64,000 bases of DNA from Candidatus Eiseniibacteriota bacterium (GTDB lineage: Bacteria > Eisenbacteria > RBG-16-71-46 > JABDJR01), in the NCBI GenBank assembly GCA_963783375.1, contig CAWANH010000028.1, forward strand, positions 1,824,001 through 1,888,000. Direction: 5' to 3'. The translations under genes and the position numbers were made by a program. The notes under the pieces are model-generated. The model saw only the letters and a list, made by a program, of their open reading frames with translations, did no database searches and was not told the origin of the DNA. Shown here in pieces: positions 1 through 9,176 of the stretch (the first letter of the stretch is position 1; every line of letters begins with the position of its first letter).

Positions 1-1
1 C

Positions 2-3000
2 GATGCCGACGCCGCCTACATCCTGGAACAGACCGGGGCGACGGTCCTGATCGCCTCGGGAGAGCGGGAGCTGGACAAGGTCGAACGCCACCGGGCGTCG
101 CTTCCCGCTCTCCGGTCGGTGGTGACCTTCGATCGGGTGCGGGAAGGCCGCGAGGCACGATCCCTCTCCGAGATCGTGGCCCGGGGCCGCGCTCTCGACC
201 GCGACCGTCTGGAGCGTGAGCGGCAGGGGATCGAACTGGACGCCCTCGCCACCCTCATGTACACCTCGGGAACCACCGGGAAGCCCAAGGGCATCCGCTT
301 CTCCCAGCGGAACCTGGTGTCCAAGCGCTTCGCCCGGGCCCTGGCCCTCTCCGAGATCGGCGACCACGACGTGTTCCTGGCCTACCTCCCCCTCTACCAC
401 ACCTTCGGGCGGTACCTGGAGCTCTGGGGCTCGATCTTCTGGGGGGCGGCCTACGTCTTCCTCCCCGACCCGTCGATCGAGAACCTGCGGGAGAACCTCC
501 GCCGGATCCGTCCCACCGTGTTCATCAGCGTGCCGAAGAAGTGGATGGAACTCTGGGAGGAGATCGGCCGGCGGGTCGACGTGGAGCTCGATCCCGACGA
601 GAAGCTCCTGGCCGCGACCCGGGAGGTGGTGGGGGACCGGCTTCGCTGGGGGATCTCCGCCGCGGGATATCTCGCCCCGGAGATCTTCCGGTTCTTCGCC
701 CGGCAGGGGGTGGAGCTGTTGAGCGGCTTCGGCATGACCGAGGCCACCGGGGGGATCACCATGACCCCGCCCGGCGGCTACCGTGACGAGAGCCTCGGGA
801 CGCCGCTCCCCGGGATCGACGTGGACCTGGCCCACGACGGCGAGATGCTGATCCGCGGCCCCTACGTGATGCTGGGCTACGAGGATCCCGAGGGCGGGGC
901 GAGTTTCGACGACCGGGGCTGGTTCCACACCGGGGACCTGATGGAGCGGGACGAGGACGGTCATTATCGCCTGGTGGACCGGAAAAAGGAGATCTACAAG
1001 AACATCAAGGGGGAGTCGGTGGCCCCCCAGCGGGTGGAGAACCTCTTCCGGGATTTCGACGAGATCGCCCGGGTGTTCCTGGTCGGGGATCACAAACCCT
1101 ACAACACGCTCCTCATCGTGGCGAATCCCGACTACGACGAGGTGGACCTCGGGGCCATGAGCGAGAGCGAGCGGCGGGATCATTTCCGGTCGCTGGTGGT
1201 CTCGGTGAACCGGTTCCTCGCCCCCTACGAGCGGGTGGTGGATTTCGCCCTCGTGGACCGGGACTTCTCCGCCGACCGGGACGAGCTCACCCCGAAGGGC
1301 ACCTACCGCCGAAAGACCGTGGCCCGGAACTTTGCCGCGGTGATCGACACCCTGTACCGGCGGGTCCACCTCAAGTCGGACGACCTGGGGGTGGAGATCC
1401 ACGTTCCCAACTGGCTCTTTCAGGCCCTGGGTCTGACCGCGGGGGACGTCCGGCTCGCCGGCGGCCGCCTCACCCTGGCCCCCACCGGGGCCTCGCTCAC
1501 CGTCGAGAGCCGGTCGCGGGACGCGGAGGGCGAGGTGGTGCGGATCGGCTCCTGCCGCTACCTGGCGCGACGACGGGTGGTGGATCTGGGGGCGCTCCTC
1601 GCCTCGCCCGCCCTCTGGCTCGGTAACGAGGAGCTGGTGGGTCTGGCCCCGCTCGAGACCTCGGCGCGGGTCCGCCGGGCGCGCCCTCCCCGCGATCTTG
1701 CGCTCCTGGGGCGCGCCGTCCCCTATCACCCCGGCGGCGATGAGCTGGACCGCCTGCGGCATGCCCTGGTCGATCCCGGCCCGGGGCTGGAGGAGCTGGA
1801 TCTGGCCGCCCGCGCCCTGGCCTCGCCGGCCGAGGAACACGGCCTCCTGGCTCTTTCGGTGATGGCCCGGGCGCTGCGGAGCGAGGAGGGGCTCCTTCTC
1901 GACACCGCGCTCACCGCGCTACGCGGGGCCTCGGACGTGCGGACGCCGGCGATCCGGCGCCGCGCCTTCGAGATCCTCTTTCCCGCGGAGCGGGAACACC
2001 AGGTCCCGGCCACCCTGGATCGGTTCCTGGGCGGGGCGGAAACGCTTCTGGACGAGCCCACCATCGCCCGCCTGTGCGGGGAAGCGCTGAGCGCGGAAAA
2101 GATCCAGGCGTTGATCCGCCATGCCCGGATCGCGGTGGAGGCGGCGGCATCGGAAGACGACCCCGGCCTCGGGACGGCGGCGTCCCTCCTCCGGCTCCTG
2201 GCCGCCTACGGAACCGGCCATCCCGCCGCGTTCGAGCCCCTCCGCGCGGCCCTGGCCCGGGCCCAGGTCTCCGCCTTCCCGCCGTCGCTCCGGGAGGAGG
2301 CGGCCCGGGGACTGGACCGCCTCACCGAGGGGTTCCGGGACTGGCTGGGACCGGTGCGGCCCATCGCGGTCGATCCCGACGAGGGGAACGAGTATCGCTG
2401 GGAGGACGTGGTGACCTTCGAGGACACGGTGTCCGAGGAGGACCGGCGGCGGATCCTGAGGGCGATCTCCACCACCGGGCTCGTCCGCGAGGCGGTGTAT
2501 CTCTTCTCCGGCGAGGCGCTCCTCCAGCTCTCGGACATCCCCCGGGGGGGAATCTGGGTGAGCCTGCTCGGAGCCCGCCACGGCCGGGCGGTCTACCGCC
2601 TCACCGCGCACACCCGCCGGCAGGGCTCCTTCGACCTGGCCCTGAACGTGAACCACCGGGAGAGCGCAGCGGAGATGATGGCGGAGGTCCGCTGGTTGGT
2701 GATCACCGGCGAGGGCGAGGGCCGCGGCCCATTGGTGGAAAAATTCGGGGGCTACTGGCCGGAATTCGATCTATGGACCGAGGAGTTCATCGCCGGGGAG
2801 ACCCTGGACCGGGTGGTGGCCCGCCTGGCCCAGCGGCGGGCCGAGGACCCGGTGGACCGGCTGCGGCTGGTCTGGCCCTTCTTCGTGTACAGCGCGGCGG
2901 GGGCGTTCCTGGACTTCTGGAACCGCACCGGACGGCGGTACGCGCTCGCCGAGCCCTCGGCGGGGGACATCATCGTCCCCACCCACGACTACCAGACCGG

Positions 3001-4087
3001 AACCCGCATCGTTTCCATCGCCCGCCGGCGTTCCGCCCCGCCGGTGGGAGAGCTCCTGGATGAACTCTGGAACCACCTGGTGATCCCGATGGTGGAGCGG
3101 CACCCGGTCCTGGACGGAGTGGCCCCTCCGGACGAGCTCTTGACCGCGTTCCTGGAGGTGGTGGGGGTTCACGCGGGGACCGCGCTTCTCGCCGACGCGC
3201 AAGGAGGGACCGGACCGGTGACCGGCGCGGTGGACGGGTATCTTCGCGAGGTGGAGCGCGAGGGCTTCGTTCCCCGGCGCCTCCGCTCGGCGATCGATCG
3301 CTACCATCGATGGGCGGCCCTGGCTCCCGACGCTCCCCCTCCGGCCCTGGCCCAGACCGTGCAGGAGCTTTTCGAGACCTATCGTCTGGCCGATCTCCTC
3401 CGCGAGTACCCCGACACCCGGGTGCGGTTCTTCCGGGAGACGGTGTTCAGGGAGGGGCCGGAGCCGGTGACCCGGGGGCTGGACTCGCTCCTTTCCACGC
3501 TCCGCGAGCGCACCCTGGAGGGGGACGATCTGGTGGACCGGCTGAGCGAGCTCCGAATGCACCTCGAACCCGGTTCGCCGGGGGAGTACTTCCTGGCCCG
3601 CCTCACCTACCCGCACCTTCGGCCGAGCGACGAGGCGGGCTTCCTCTCCACCGACCTCGGCGGCGTCCGCCAGACCGACATCGTGGTGTCGCTGGAGGAC
3701 AACCAGGGGCGCCCCTACCAGGTGCGCCAGCCGGTGAATCCCAAGGAGGTCGGCCGGCTCCACCGGCTCTTCCTGGGGGCGAAGCTCGACGTGCAGTTCC
3801 GCGCCGAACACCGCTACCTGGTGGCGGTGAACGAGCGAGGAAGTCTCATCGGCGGCATCTTCTACGACCCGGACGAGGAGAACCGCTCCGCCCACCTGGA
3901 GAAGATCGTGGTGGCCGAACGGTACCGGAAGCTGGGGGTGGGGGAGGGGCTCATGAACGAGTTCTTCAACCGGTTGAAGACCGCGGGGGCGGAATCCGTC
4001 ACCACCGGATTCTTCCGGCCGAGCTACTTCTACCGCTTCGGCTTCACGGTGGGGAAGCGCCGGGCCGGTCTGGTGAAGTCCCTGTGA
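2..4087 (+). CDS. 5'-truncated multidomain protein: long-chain acyl-CoA synthetase (AMP-binding) + helical region + kinase-like region + C-terminal GNAT
   Basis: Frame is open from base 2 (DADAAYILEQTGATVLIASG...), so the true start lies upstream. AMP-binding motifs YTSGTTGKPKG, GFGMTE, GWFHTGD, DRKKE, ELTPKG. C-terminal GNAT motif LEKIVVAERYRKLGVGEGLM...YFYRFGF. Confidence 0.85.
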   Translation, partial: DADAAYILEQTGATVLIASGERELDKVERHRASLPALRSVVTFDRVREGREARSLSEIVARGRALDRDRLERERQGIELDALATLMYTSGTTGKPKGIRFSQRNLVSKRFARALALSEIGDHDVFLAYLPLYHTFGRYLELWGSIFWGAAYVFLPDPSIENLRENLRRIRPTVFISVPKKWMELWEEIGRRVDVELDPDEKLLAATREVVGDRLRWGISAAGYLAPEIFRFFARQGVELLSGFGMTEATGGITMTPPGGYRDESLGTPLPGIDVDLAHDGEMLIRGPYVMLGYEDPEGGASFDDRGWFHTGDLMERDEDGHYRLVDRKKEIYKNIKGESVAPQRVENLFRDFDEIARVFLVGDHKPYNTLLIVANPDYDEVDLGAMSESERRDHFRSLVVSVNRFLAPYERVVDFALVDRDFSADRDELTPKGTYRRKTVARNFAAVIDTLYRRVHLKSDDLGVEIHVPNWLFQALGLTAGDVRLAGGRLTLAPTGASLTVESRSRDAEGEVVRIGSCRYLARRRVVDLGALLASPALWLGNEELVGLAPLETSARVRRARPPRDLALLGRAVPYHPGGDELDRLRHALVDPGPGLEELDLAARALASPAEEHGLLALSVMARALRSEEGLLLDTALTALRGASDVRTPAIRRRAFEILFPAEREHQVPATLDRFLGGAETLLDEPTIARLCGEALSAEKIQALIRHARIAVEAAASEDDPGLGTAASLLRLLAAYGTGHPAAFEPLRAALARAQVSAFPPSLREEAARGLDRLTEGFRDWLGPVRPIAVDPDEGNEYRWEDVVTFEDTVSEEDRRRILRAISTTGLVREAVYLFSGEALLQLSDIPRGGIWVSLLGARHGRAVYRLTAHTRRQGSFDLALNVNHRESAAEMMAEVRWLVITGEGEGRGPLVEKFGGYWPEFDLWTEEFIAGETLDRVVARLAQRRAEDPVDRLRLVWPFFVYSAAGAFLDFWNRTGRRYALAEPSAGDIIVPTHDYQTGTRIVSIARRRSAPPVGELLDELWNHLVIPMVERHPVLDGVAPPDELLTAFLEVVGVHAGTALLADAQGGTGPVTGAVDGYLREVEREGFVPRRLRSAIDRYHRWAALAPDAPPPALAQTVQELFETYRLADLLREYPDTRVRFFRETVFREGPEPVTRGLDSLLSTLRERTLEGDDLVDRLSELRMHLEPGSPGEYFLARLTYPHLRPSDEAGFLSTDLGGVRQTDIVVSLEDNQGRPYQVRQPVNPKEVGRLHRLFLGAKLDVQFRAEHRYLVAVNERGSLIGGIFYDPDEENRSAHLEKIVVAERYRKLGVGEGLMNEFFNRLKTAGAESVTTGFFRPSYFYRFGFTVGKRRAGLVKSL

Positions 4088-4094
4088 GCGGACG

Positions 4095-5636
4095 ATGACC
4101 AAACCGCGCCCGGACGGTCCGGCGAAGCCGTTGATCGGGGTGACCGGGGCCACCGGCTACGTCGGGGGCCGCCTGATCCCCCGGCTCCTGGACGAGGGCT
4201 ACCGGGTGCGCTGCCTGGCCCGAAGCCCCGAGAAGCTCGCCGGCCGCCCCTGGCGGGACCGGGTGGAGGTGGCGCGCGGGGATCTCCTCGACCCCGGTTC
4301 CCTGGCCCCCTTTCTGGACGGGCTCCACGCGATCTACTACCTGGTCCACGCCATGGCCGAGGGGGAGCGCGGGTTCGAGGAGCGTGACCGGCGCGCGGCG
4401 CGGGGACTGGCCGAGGCCGCCGGACGCGCCGGGGTCCGGCGCATCATCTATCTCGGCGGGCTGGGGGAGACCGGAGCGCACCTCTCCCGGCACCTGGCCA
4501 GCCGGCTCGAGACCGGGCGCGCCCTTCGCGAGGGCCCGGTGCCGGTGACCGAGCTTCGCGCCGCGGTGATCGTCGGCTCGGGGAGCATGTCCTTCGAGAT
4601 GATCAAGGCCCTGGTGGAGCGGCTCCCCTTCATGATCACCCCGAAGTGGGTGAACACCCGGAGCCAGCCCATCGCGATCGGCGACGTCCTCCGGTATCTC
4701 ACGGGGTGCCTCGAGGAGGAGCGGACCGCCGGCGGATCCTTCGACATCGGAGGCGCCGACATCGTCACCTACCGCGACATGATGACCGGCTACGCCCGGG
4801 CCCGCGGGCTCCGGCGGATCATGGTGCCGGTCCCGGTCCTGAGCCCAAGGCTCTCGTCCTACTGGGTGGATCTCATCACGCCGATCCCCGCCTCCTACGC
4901 CCGGCCGCTCATCCAGGGGCTCCGGAACGAGGTGGTGGTGCGCGACGACCGCATCCGCTCCCTGGTGCCGTTTCAGCCCATGGGCTACGACGAGGCGGTC
5001 CGGCGGGCGGTGGCGCTCACCGACCAGGGCCAGGTGGAGACGCGCTGGACCGAGGCGTCGCTTCCCTACACCCATCTCGGCCGGATGGGGGGGGCCGGTC
5101 CGGGCGCCTCCGGCGGGGGCCCGGCGGCTTCGGGGGCGGGGCTCGGCCCGGCGGGGCCCGGCGAGATCGAGGACGTTCGGAGCGCGCCCTCCGCCGCCCC
5201 CCCCGAGGCCGCGTGGCGCGCGGTGTCGGGGCTCGGCGGCCGCCGCGGGTGGTACGCCTACGACACCCTCTGGAACCTTCGGGGCATCATGGACCGGATG
5301 ATGGGTGGGGTGGGAATGCGTCGCGGCCGGCGCGACCCCGACCGGCTCCGCCCTGGGGACGCCCTCGACTTTTGGCGGGTCGAGACGGTGGAGCCGGGTC
5401 GCCTGCTGGTGCTTCGGGCCGAGATGAAGGTGCCGGGGGAGGCGTGGCTCGAGTTCCGGATCGAGCCGGAGGGGGACGGGTCCACGTGCCGGATCTTCCA
5501 GCGCGCGCGGTTCCGCCCGGTTCGGTTCTGGGGGCGGGCGTACTGGACGGCGCTGTTGCCCGTGCACGCGGTGGTGTTCCGGGGGATGCTCCGGGCGGTC
5601 TGCGAGCGCGCGGAGCGGATCGCGGGGGGGAAGTAG
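4095..5636 (+). CDS. YbjT-like atypical SDR NAD(P)-binding protein with C-terminal DUF2867
   Basis: VTGATGYVG Rossmann motif, SRHLASRLETG; C-terminal GGRRGWY..LW..RG..D..MGG and LRAEMKVPGEAWLEF. Confidence 0.85.
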   Translation: MTKPRPDGPAKPLIGVTGATGYVGGRLIPRLLDEGYRVRCLARSPEKLAGRPWRDRVEVARGDLLDPGSLAPFLDGLHAIYYLVHAMAEGERGFEERDRRAARGLAEAAGRAGVRRIIYLGGLGETGAHLSRHLASRLETGRALREGPVPVTELRAAVIVGSGSMSFEMIKALVERLPFMITPKWVNTRSQPIAIGDVLRYLTGCLEEERTAGGSFDIGGADIVTYRDMMTGYARARGLRRIMVPVPVLSPRLSSYWVDLITPIPASYARPLIQGLRNEVVVRDDRIRSLVPFQPMGYDEAVRRAVALTDQGQVETRWTEASLPYTHLGRMGGAGPGASGGGPAASGAGLGPAGPGEIEDVRSAPSAAPPEAAWRAVSGLGGRRGWYAYDTLWNLRGIMDRMMGGVGMRRGRRDPDRLRPGDALDFWRVETVEPGRLLVLRAEMKVPGEAWLEFRIEPEGDGSTCRIFQRARFRPVRFWGRAYWTALLPVHAVVFRGMLRAVCERAERIAGGK

Positions 5637-5647
5637 TCGACGGTCGC

Positions 5648-7285
5648 CTACGCCAGCCCCTCGGTCTCGAGCTTGGCCCTGGCCATCTTCCCCGGCTTGG
5701 TGCGGGCGCCCTTCTTGACCAGCGCCTCCAGGAGCTTCGCCCCCAGGACCTTGAGCGCCCCGGGCCGCTCGACCAGGTTGAACCCGATGAGGTACTGCCC
5801 CTCCGGCCCCAGCGCGCGCGCCTCCTTCTTGAGCCGGGCGGCGAGGCTGAACTTGGGGTCTTCGGTCAGGCCGGCCAGCGTCTTCACCGCCTGGCGGACC
5901 TTGGGAGACTGGGGCTCGGCCGATTTCCCCGCCCCGAGGAGCATCATCAACCCGAGCTGGAACCGCGCCTCGGCATCGAACGCGGTCTCGCGCGAGATGA
6001 GCCGGAGGTCCCGTTCGCCGTCGGCGTAGCGCCGGGCGGTCCGGGCCTTCATGGCCCGGGCATAGAACGCCTTGTAGTAGGCGGCGGCGTCGGCGTTCCG
6101 GAACAGGTGGAGCAACGGCTCCATCCTGCGGTCCCCCTTGTCGAGATGCTTCATGGCCGCGTCCGCCACCTTCTTCCGTTCCGCCGGGGTGAGCGCGGCG
6201 GCGTGGGGCTTCACCAGGTGGACCAGCTCCCACGCCCGGTCGGGATCCTTCTCGGCCAGGAGCTTCGGGAGCAGCAACCCCGGTGCCTGCTCGGAGTTCT
6301 TGAGCGCGAACACCGCCGAGCGACGGAGCTGCTCGTCGCCCCCCTCCAGGAGCCCCACCAGGATCTCCGCGCCGCGCTTGCCCTTGGATTCGGCGATCTT
6401 CCGCACCGCGAATTGCCGCACCTGGGGGAAACGCCCGCCGATCAGCCGCTCCAGGTCCTTCCCGTGACCCGCGGGGAGCGTGGTCCGCTCCAGGATCAAG
6501 AGCGTGGGGTCCACCACGTCGTCGAAGTTGGGGTCGTCCAGGTAGGGGAAGATCACCTCCACCACCTTGGCCGGAGCGCTCCGCCCCTGGAGCGTGTGGC
6601 GGATGGCGTGAAGGGCGTGGCGGCGGGTGGCCCGGGGAAGCTCGGGGGCGGTGTGCTTGAGTAGTTCGGGGATCGCCTCGCCCTGGGCGAGGTGGCCGAG
6701 GTAGATGATCGCCGAGTTCACCGCCGAGCGTGAATCGGAGGCCGCCTTGCTCTTCAGAAACGTCAAGACCGTCCTGGCGGCCGCCTTCCGCTCGGCCGGG
6801 CTCAGGTTCCCCACGTCGGCCCGGAGCGCCCGCCCCACCGTCTTCACCAGCTCGAAGTTCGGTTCGAAGAACGCATCGAGAACGATCCGGAGCGACTCGG
6901 CGGTGTGCATCCGGGCCAGGATCTCGTAGAGGACGCGCTTCTGCTGGAAGTCGGCTCCGGCCAGGGCCTTCTTGACCGCGGGGAGCGCCGCCTTCCCGCA
7001 CCCCGCGATGGCCAGCGCCCCGGTGTCGCGGAGCTCGCCCTGGGCCTGGAGGAGCGGGAGGAGTTCCTTCAGGGCCGCCGCGTTTCCCACCGCGCCGAGC
7101 GCGCGGGCCGAGGCCAGGGCGAGCGGGAGGTTGTCGCCGCTCCCCAGCTTCTTCCCGAGGGCCTTGACCACCGCGGGTTCCCTGGGAGCCAGGGCCCCCA
7201 GGACCACCGCGGCGGCGATGGACTCCTCCACGGTGCCCTTCTCCAGGAGCGAGACGATCTTCTTGAGGTGCGCGGTCATGGCCAT
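5648..7285 (-). CDS. HEAT/ARM-repeat protein, function unknown
   Basis: Repeated helical units (ARALGAVG, ALAIAGCG, AIIYLGHL, AVRKIAE, AVFALK); start is uncertain (7297/7285/7279). Confidence 0.75.
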   Translation of the reverse strand: MAMTAHLKKIVSLLEKGTVEESIAAAVVLGALAPREPAVVKALGKKLGSGDNLPLALASARALGAVGNAAALKELLPLLQAQGELRDTGALAIAGCGKAALPAVKKALAGADFQQKRVLYEILARMHTAESLRIVLDAFFEPNFELVKTVGRALRADVGNLSPAERKAAARTVLTFLKSKAASDSRSAVNSAIIYLGHLAQGEAIPELLKHTAPELPRATRRHALHAIRHTLQGRSAPAKVVEVIFPYLDDPNFDDVVDPTLLILERTTLPAGHGKDLERLIGGRFPQVRQFAVRKIAESKGKRGAEILVGLLEGGDEQLRRSAVFALKNSEQAPGLLLPKLLAEKDPDRAWELVHLVKPHAAALTPAERKKVADAAMKHLDKGDRRMEPLLHLFRNADAAAYYKAFYARAMKARTARRYADGERDLRLISRETAFDAEARFQLGLMMLLGAGKSAEPQSPKVRQAVKTLAGLTEDPKFSLAARLKKEARALGPEGQYLIGFNLVERPGALKVLGAKLLEALVKKGARTKPGKMARAKLETEGLA

Positions 7286-7397
7286 GGGCGGGAGCATAGG
7301 ACGGGGGCGCGGCCCTGCCAAGCGCCGGCGACAGGGGGGATCGACCGGCGCGAGACGCCGGAGCGCGAGCCCGGGGATCGACCGGACGCGGCTCGAT

Positions 7398-8369
7398 TCA
7401 GATCCCCGCGAACACCCCCGCCGCGGCCAGGGCCACGGTGAAGGCGCCCCAGAGGATCTCCCGCACCCCGACCTGGCGGGCGGTGGCCGGGCGCCGGATC
7501 GCCGAGAGCCCGTAGAACGCCCGCGCGGTGAGAACCGCCACCGCGGCGAAGCCCAGCCAGGGAACGAGGCCGAAGGCGGCCAGAGCGAGCGTCCCCAGGA
7601 GCCCCACCGCCTGGGCGCCCTCGACCGGACCGGGGGCCGCGGCCTGGCCGCGTTCCAGCCGGAGCCGGGCGCGGACGTAGAGCACCGACGGGGCCGCCCG
7701 GGCCACCATCAATCCCCAGAGCCCCAGGGCGGGAAACAGGGCCCAGCCCCCGCCGAGGGCCAGGGCGGCCACCGTCGAGGTGAGGGCGATGGGGGCGGCA
7801 AGCTCGGCCACCCAGGCCCGGCCCCGGTTCCGGAGATCGAAGGCGAGCATCAGCACCGCCGGCGGGGCGGCCAGGGCCATGGGGATGAGGAGCCGCCCCC
7901 CGCCGAGCGCCAGCGCTCCCGCCGCCGCGGCTGCTCCCACGAGCCCGAGGAGCGCCATCGCCCGCTCTGCCGCCGCGGTTCGGGGATAGCGCTTCCCGCG
8001 CCGGCGGTCGGAGAGCCAGAGCTTCAACGGTTGGCGGACCAGGAACCCGGCCGCGGTGGCCAGCGCCACCAGCGCGCCGGCCCGGGAGAACGCCACCAGG
8101 AGCCCCAACGCGATCGGCTCGGCCAAAAAACCCCACGCCCCGTGCTCGGTGGGGAGCAGGAGCTTCCGGATGGAAACCGGAGCCGGGTGGCGCGGGGAGC
8201 GGGGCGGCGCCCCGGCCCCGGGGTGGGGCGCCTCGGATGGGCGGCGCGACAGGCCGGGGGAGGCCGGAGCGGTGCGCCTTCCCCCGCCGGTCGCCGAGGG
8301 CGCCCCCGCACCGGTCTCCCGACCCGCCCCGTCCACCGACATGAACGCCGACCGCCCGCGCGGAATCAC
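7398..8369 (-). CDS. YwiC-like membrane protein
   Basis: LLPTEHGAWGFL and ARQVGVRE signatures with multiple TM helices; the GTG start overlaps the stop of the upstream ric gene. Confidence 0.8.
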   Translation of the reverse strand: MIPRGRSAFMSVDGAGRETGAGAPSATGGGRRTAPASPGLSRRPSEAPHPGAGAPPRSPRHPAPVSIRKLLLPTEHGAWGFLAEPIALGLLVAFSRAGALVALATAAGFLVRQPLKLWLSDRRRGKRYPRTAAAERAMALLGLVGAAAAAGALALGGGRLLIPMALAAPPAVLMLAFDLRNRGRAWVAELAAPIALTSTVAALALGGGWALFPALGLWGLMVARAAPSVLYVRARLRLERGQAAAPGPVEGAQAVGLLGTLALAAFGLVPWLGFAAVAVLTARAFYGLSAIRRPATARQVGVREILWGAFTVALAAAGVFAGI

Positions 8370-9070
8370 GCCATCGATTCCTCGGCGGCGACCGCCTGGG
8401 GGAAGAGCACGTTGTTCTCGAGGTGCACGTGGCGATGGAGGTCCGCCTCCAGCTCCTCGAGCGCGTGGAGCATCACCCGGAAGGTGTTGCAGGCGTCCTC
8501 GGGAGGGGTGTACCCGCCGGTCAGGGCGCGGAAGCGCTCCAGGTCGGCGGCCGCGTCGTCGTGCTCCAGCATCATGACCCGGATGGGGTTCGCGATGCTC
8601 CCGCAGTGGGCTGCCCCGTCGCCCCCGACCGCCATCTGGCGGAGCATGGGGAAGAGCACCGCCTCCTCCTTGGCCATGTGCTGGTTCAGGACCATGTGGA
8701 AGTTGTCGTAGACGCTCTTCAGCTCCAGGACCTCGGGGTGGCGGGTCCCGTGGGCGTTGGCGACCTTCTCGGTCAGCCCGGCCAGCCGGGGGAGTGCGGT
8801 CCGGAGATACGCGTGGTGGGTCTCCATGATGTGATCCACCAGCTCGGAAAGCCCCATGTCGGCGAAGCGCGGCTCCGCCTCGTCGCGGTGCGCGCCGTCC
8901 GAGGCCTCGAGATCCGCGATCACCGCGGCTTCATCCAGGCCGCGCTCGCGGCAGGCTTCGGCGAGGGGCTTCCGCCCCCCGCAACAGTAGTCGATCCCGT
9001 GCTTCTCGAAGACCTCGGCCCGGCTGGGGCGCTCGGTCACCAGGTTACCGACGGTGAGAGTGGAGTCCAT
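8366..9070 (-). CDS. ric: Iron-sulfur cluster repair di-iron protein (RIC/ScdA/YtfE)
   Basis: IDYCCGG motif, hemerythrin-like HHAYLR, HMAKEEAVLFP, EHD, HVHLENNVLFP. Confidence 0.95.
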   Translation of the reverse strand: MDSTLTVGNLVTERPSRAEVFEKHGIDYCCGGRKPLAEACRERGLDEAAVIADLEASDGAHRDEAEPRFADMGLSELVDHIMETHHAYLRTALPRLAGLTEKVANAHGTRHPEVLELKSVYDNFHMVLNQHMAKEEAVLFPMLRQMAVGGDGAAHCGSIANPIRVMMLEHDDAAADLERFRALTGGYTPPEDACNTFRVMLHALEELEADLHRHVHLENNVLFPQAVAAEESMA

Positions 9071-9176
9071 GTCGTATCTCCTTGTGGTTCGAAGGCCGGC
9101 GGCCGGTCTCTTCCGGTCGCCATCAGGATAACCGGCGCCCGCCGCGGGCGGAGGATGCGGCGGACGCCCCGATCGA

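Noticed and set aside
4044-7001. 985-aa minus-strand ORF and many other long Arg/Gly/Pro-rich ORFs in the track
   Set aside because: They are shadow or alternate-frame ORFs expected at high GC; they overlap well-supported genes and have no motifs.
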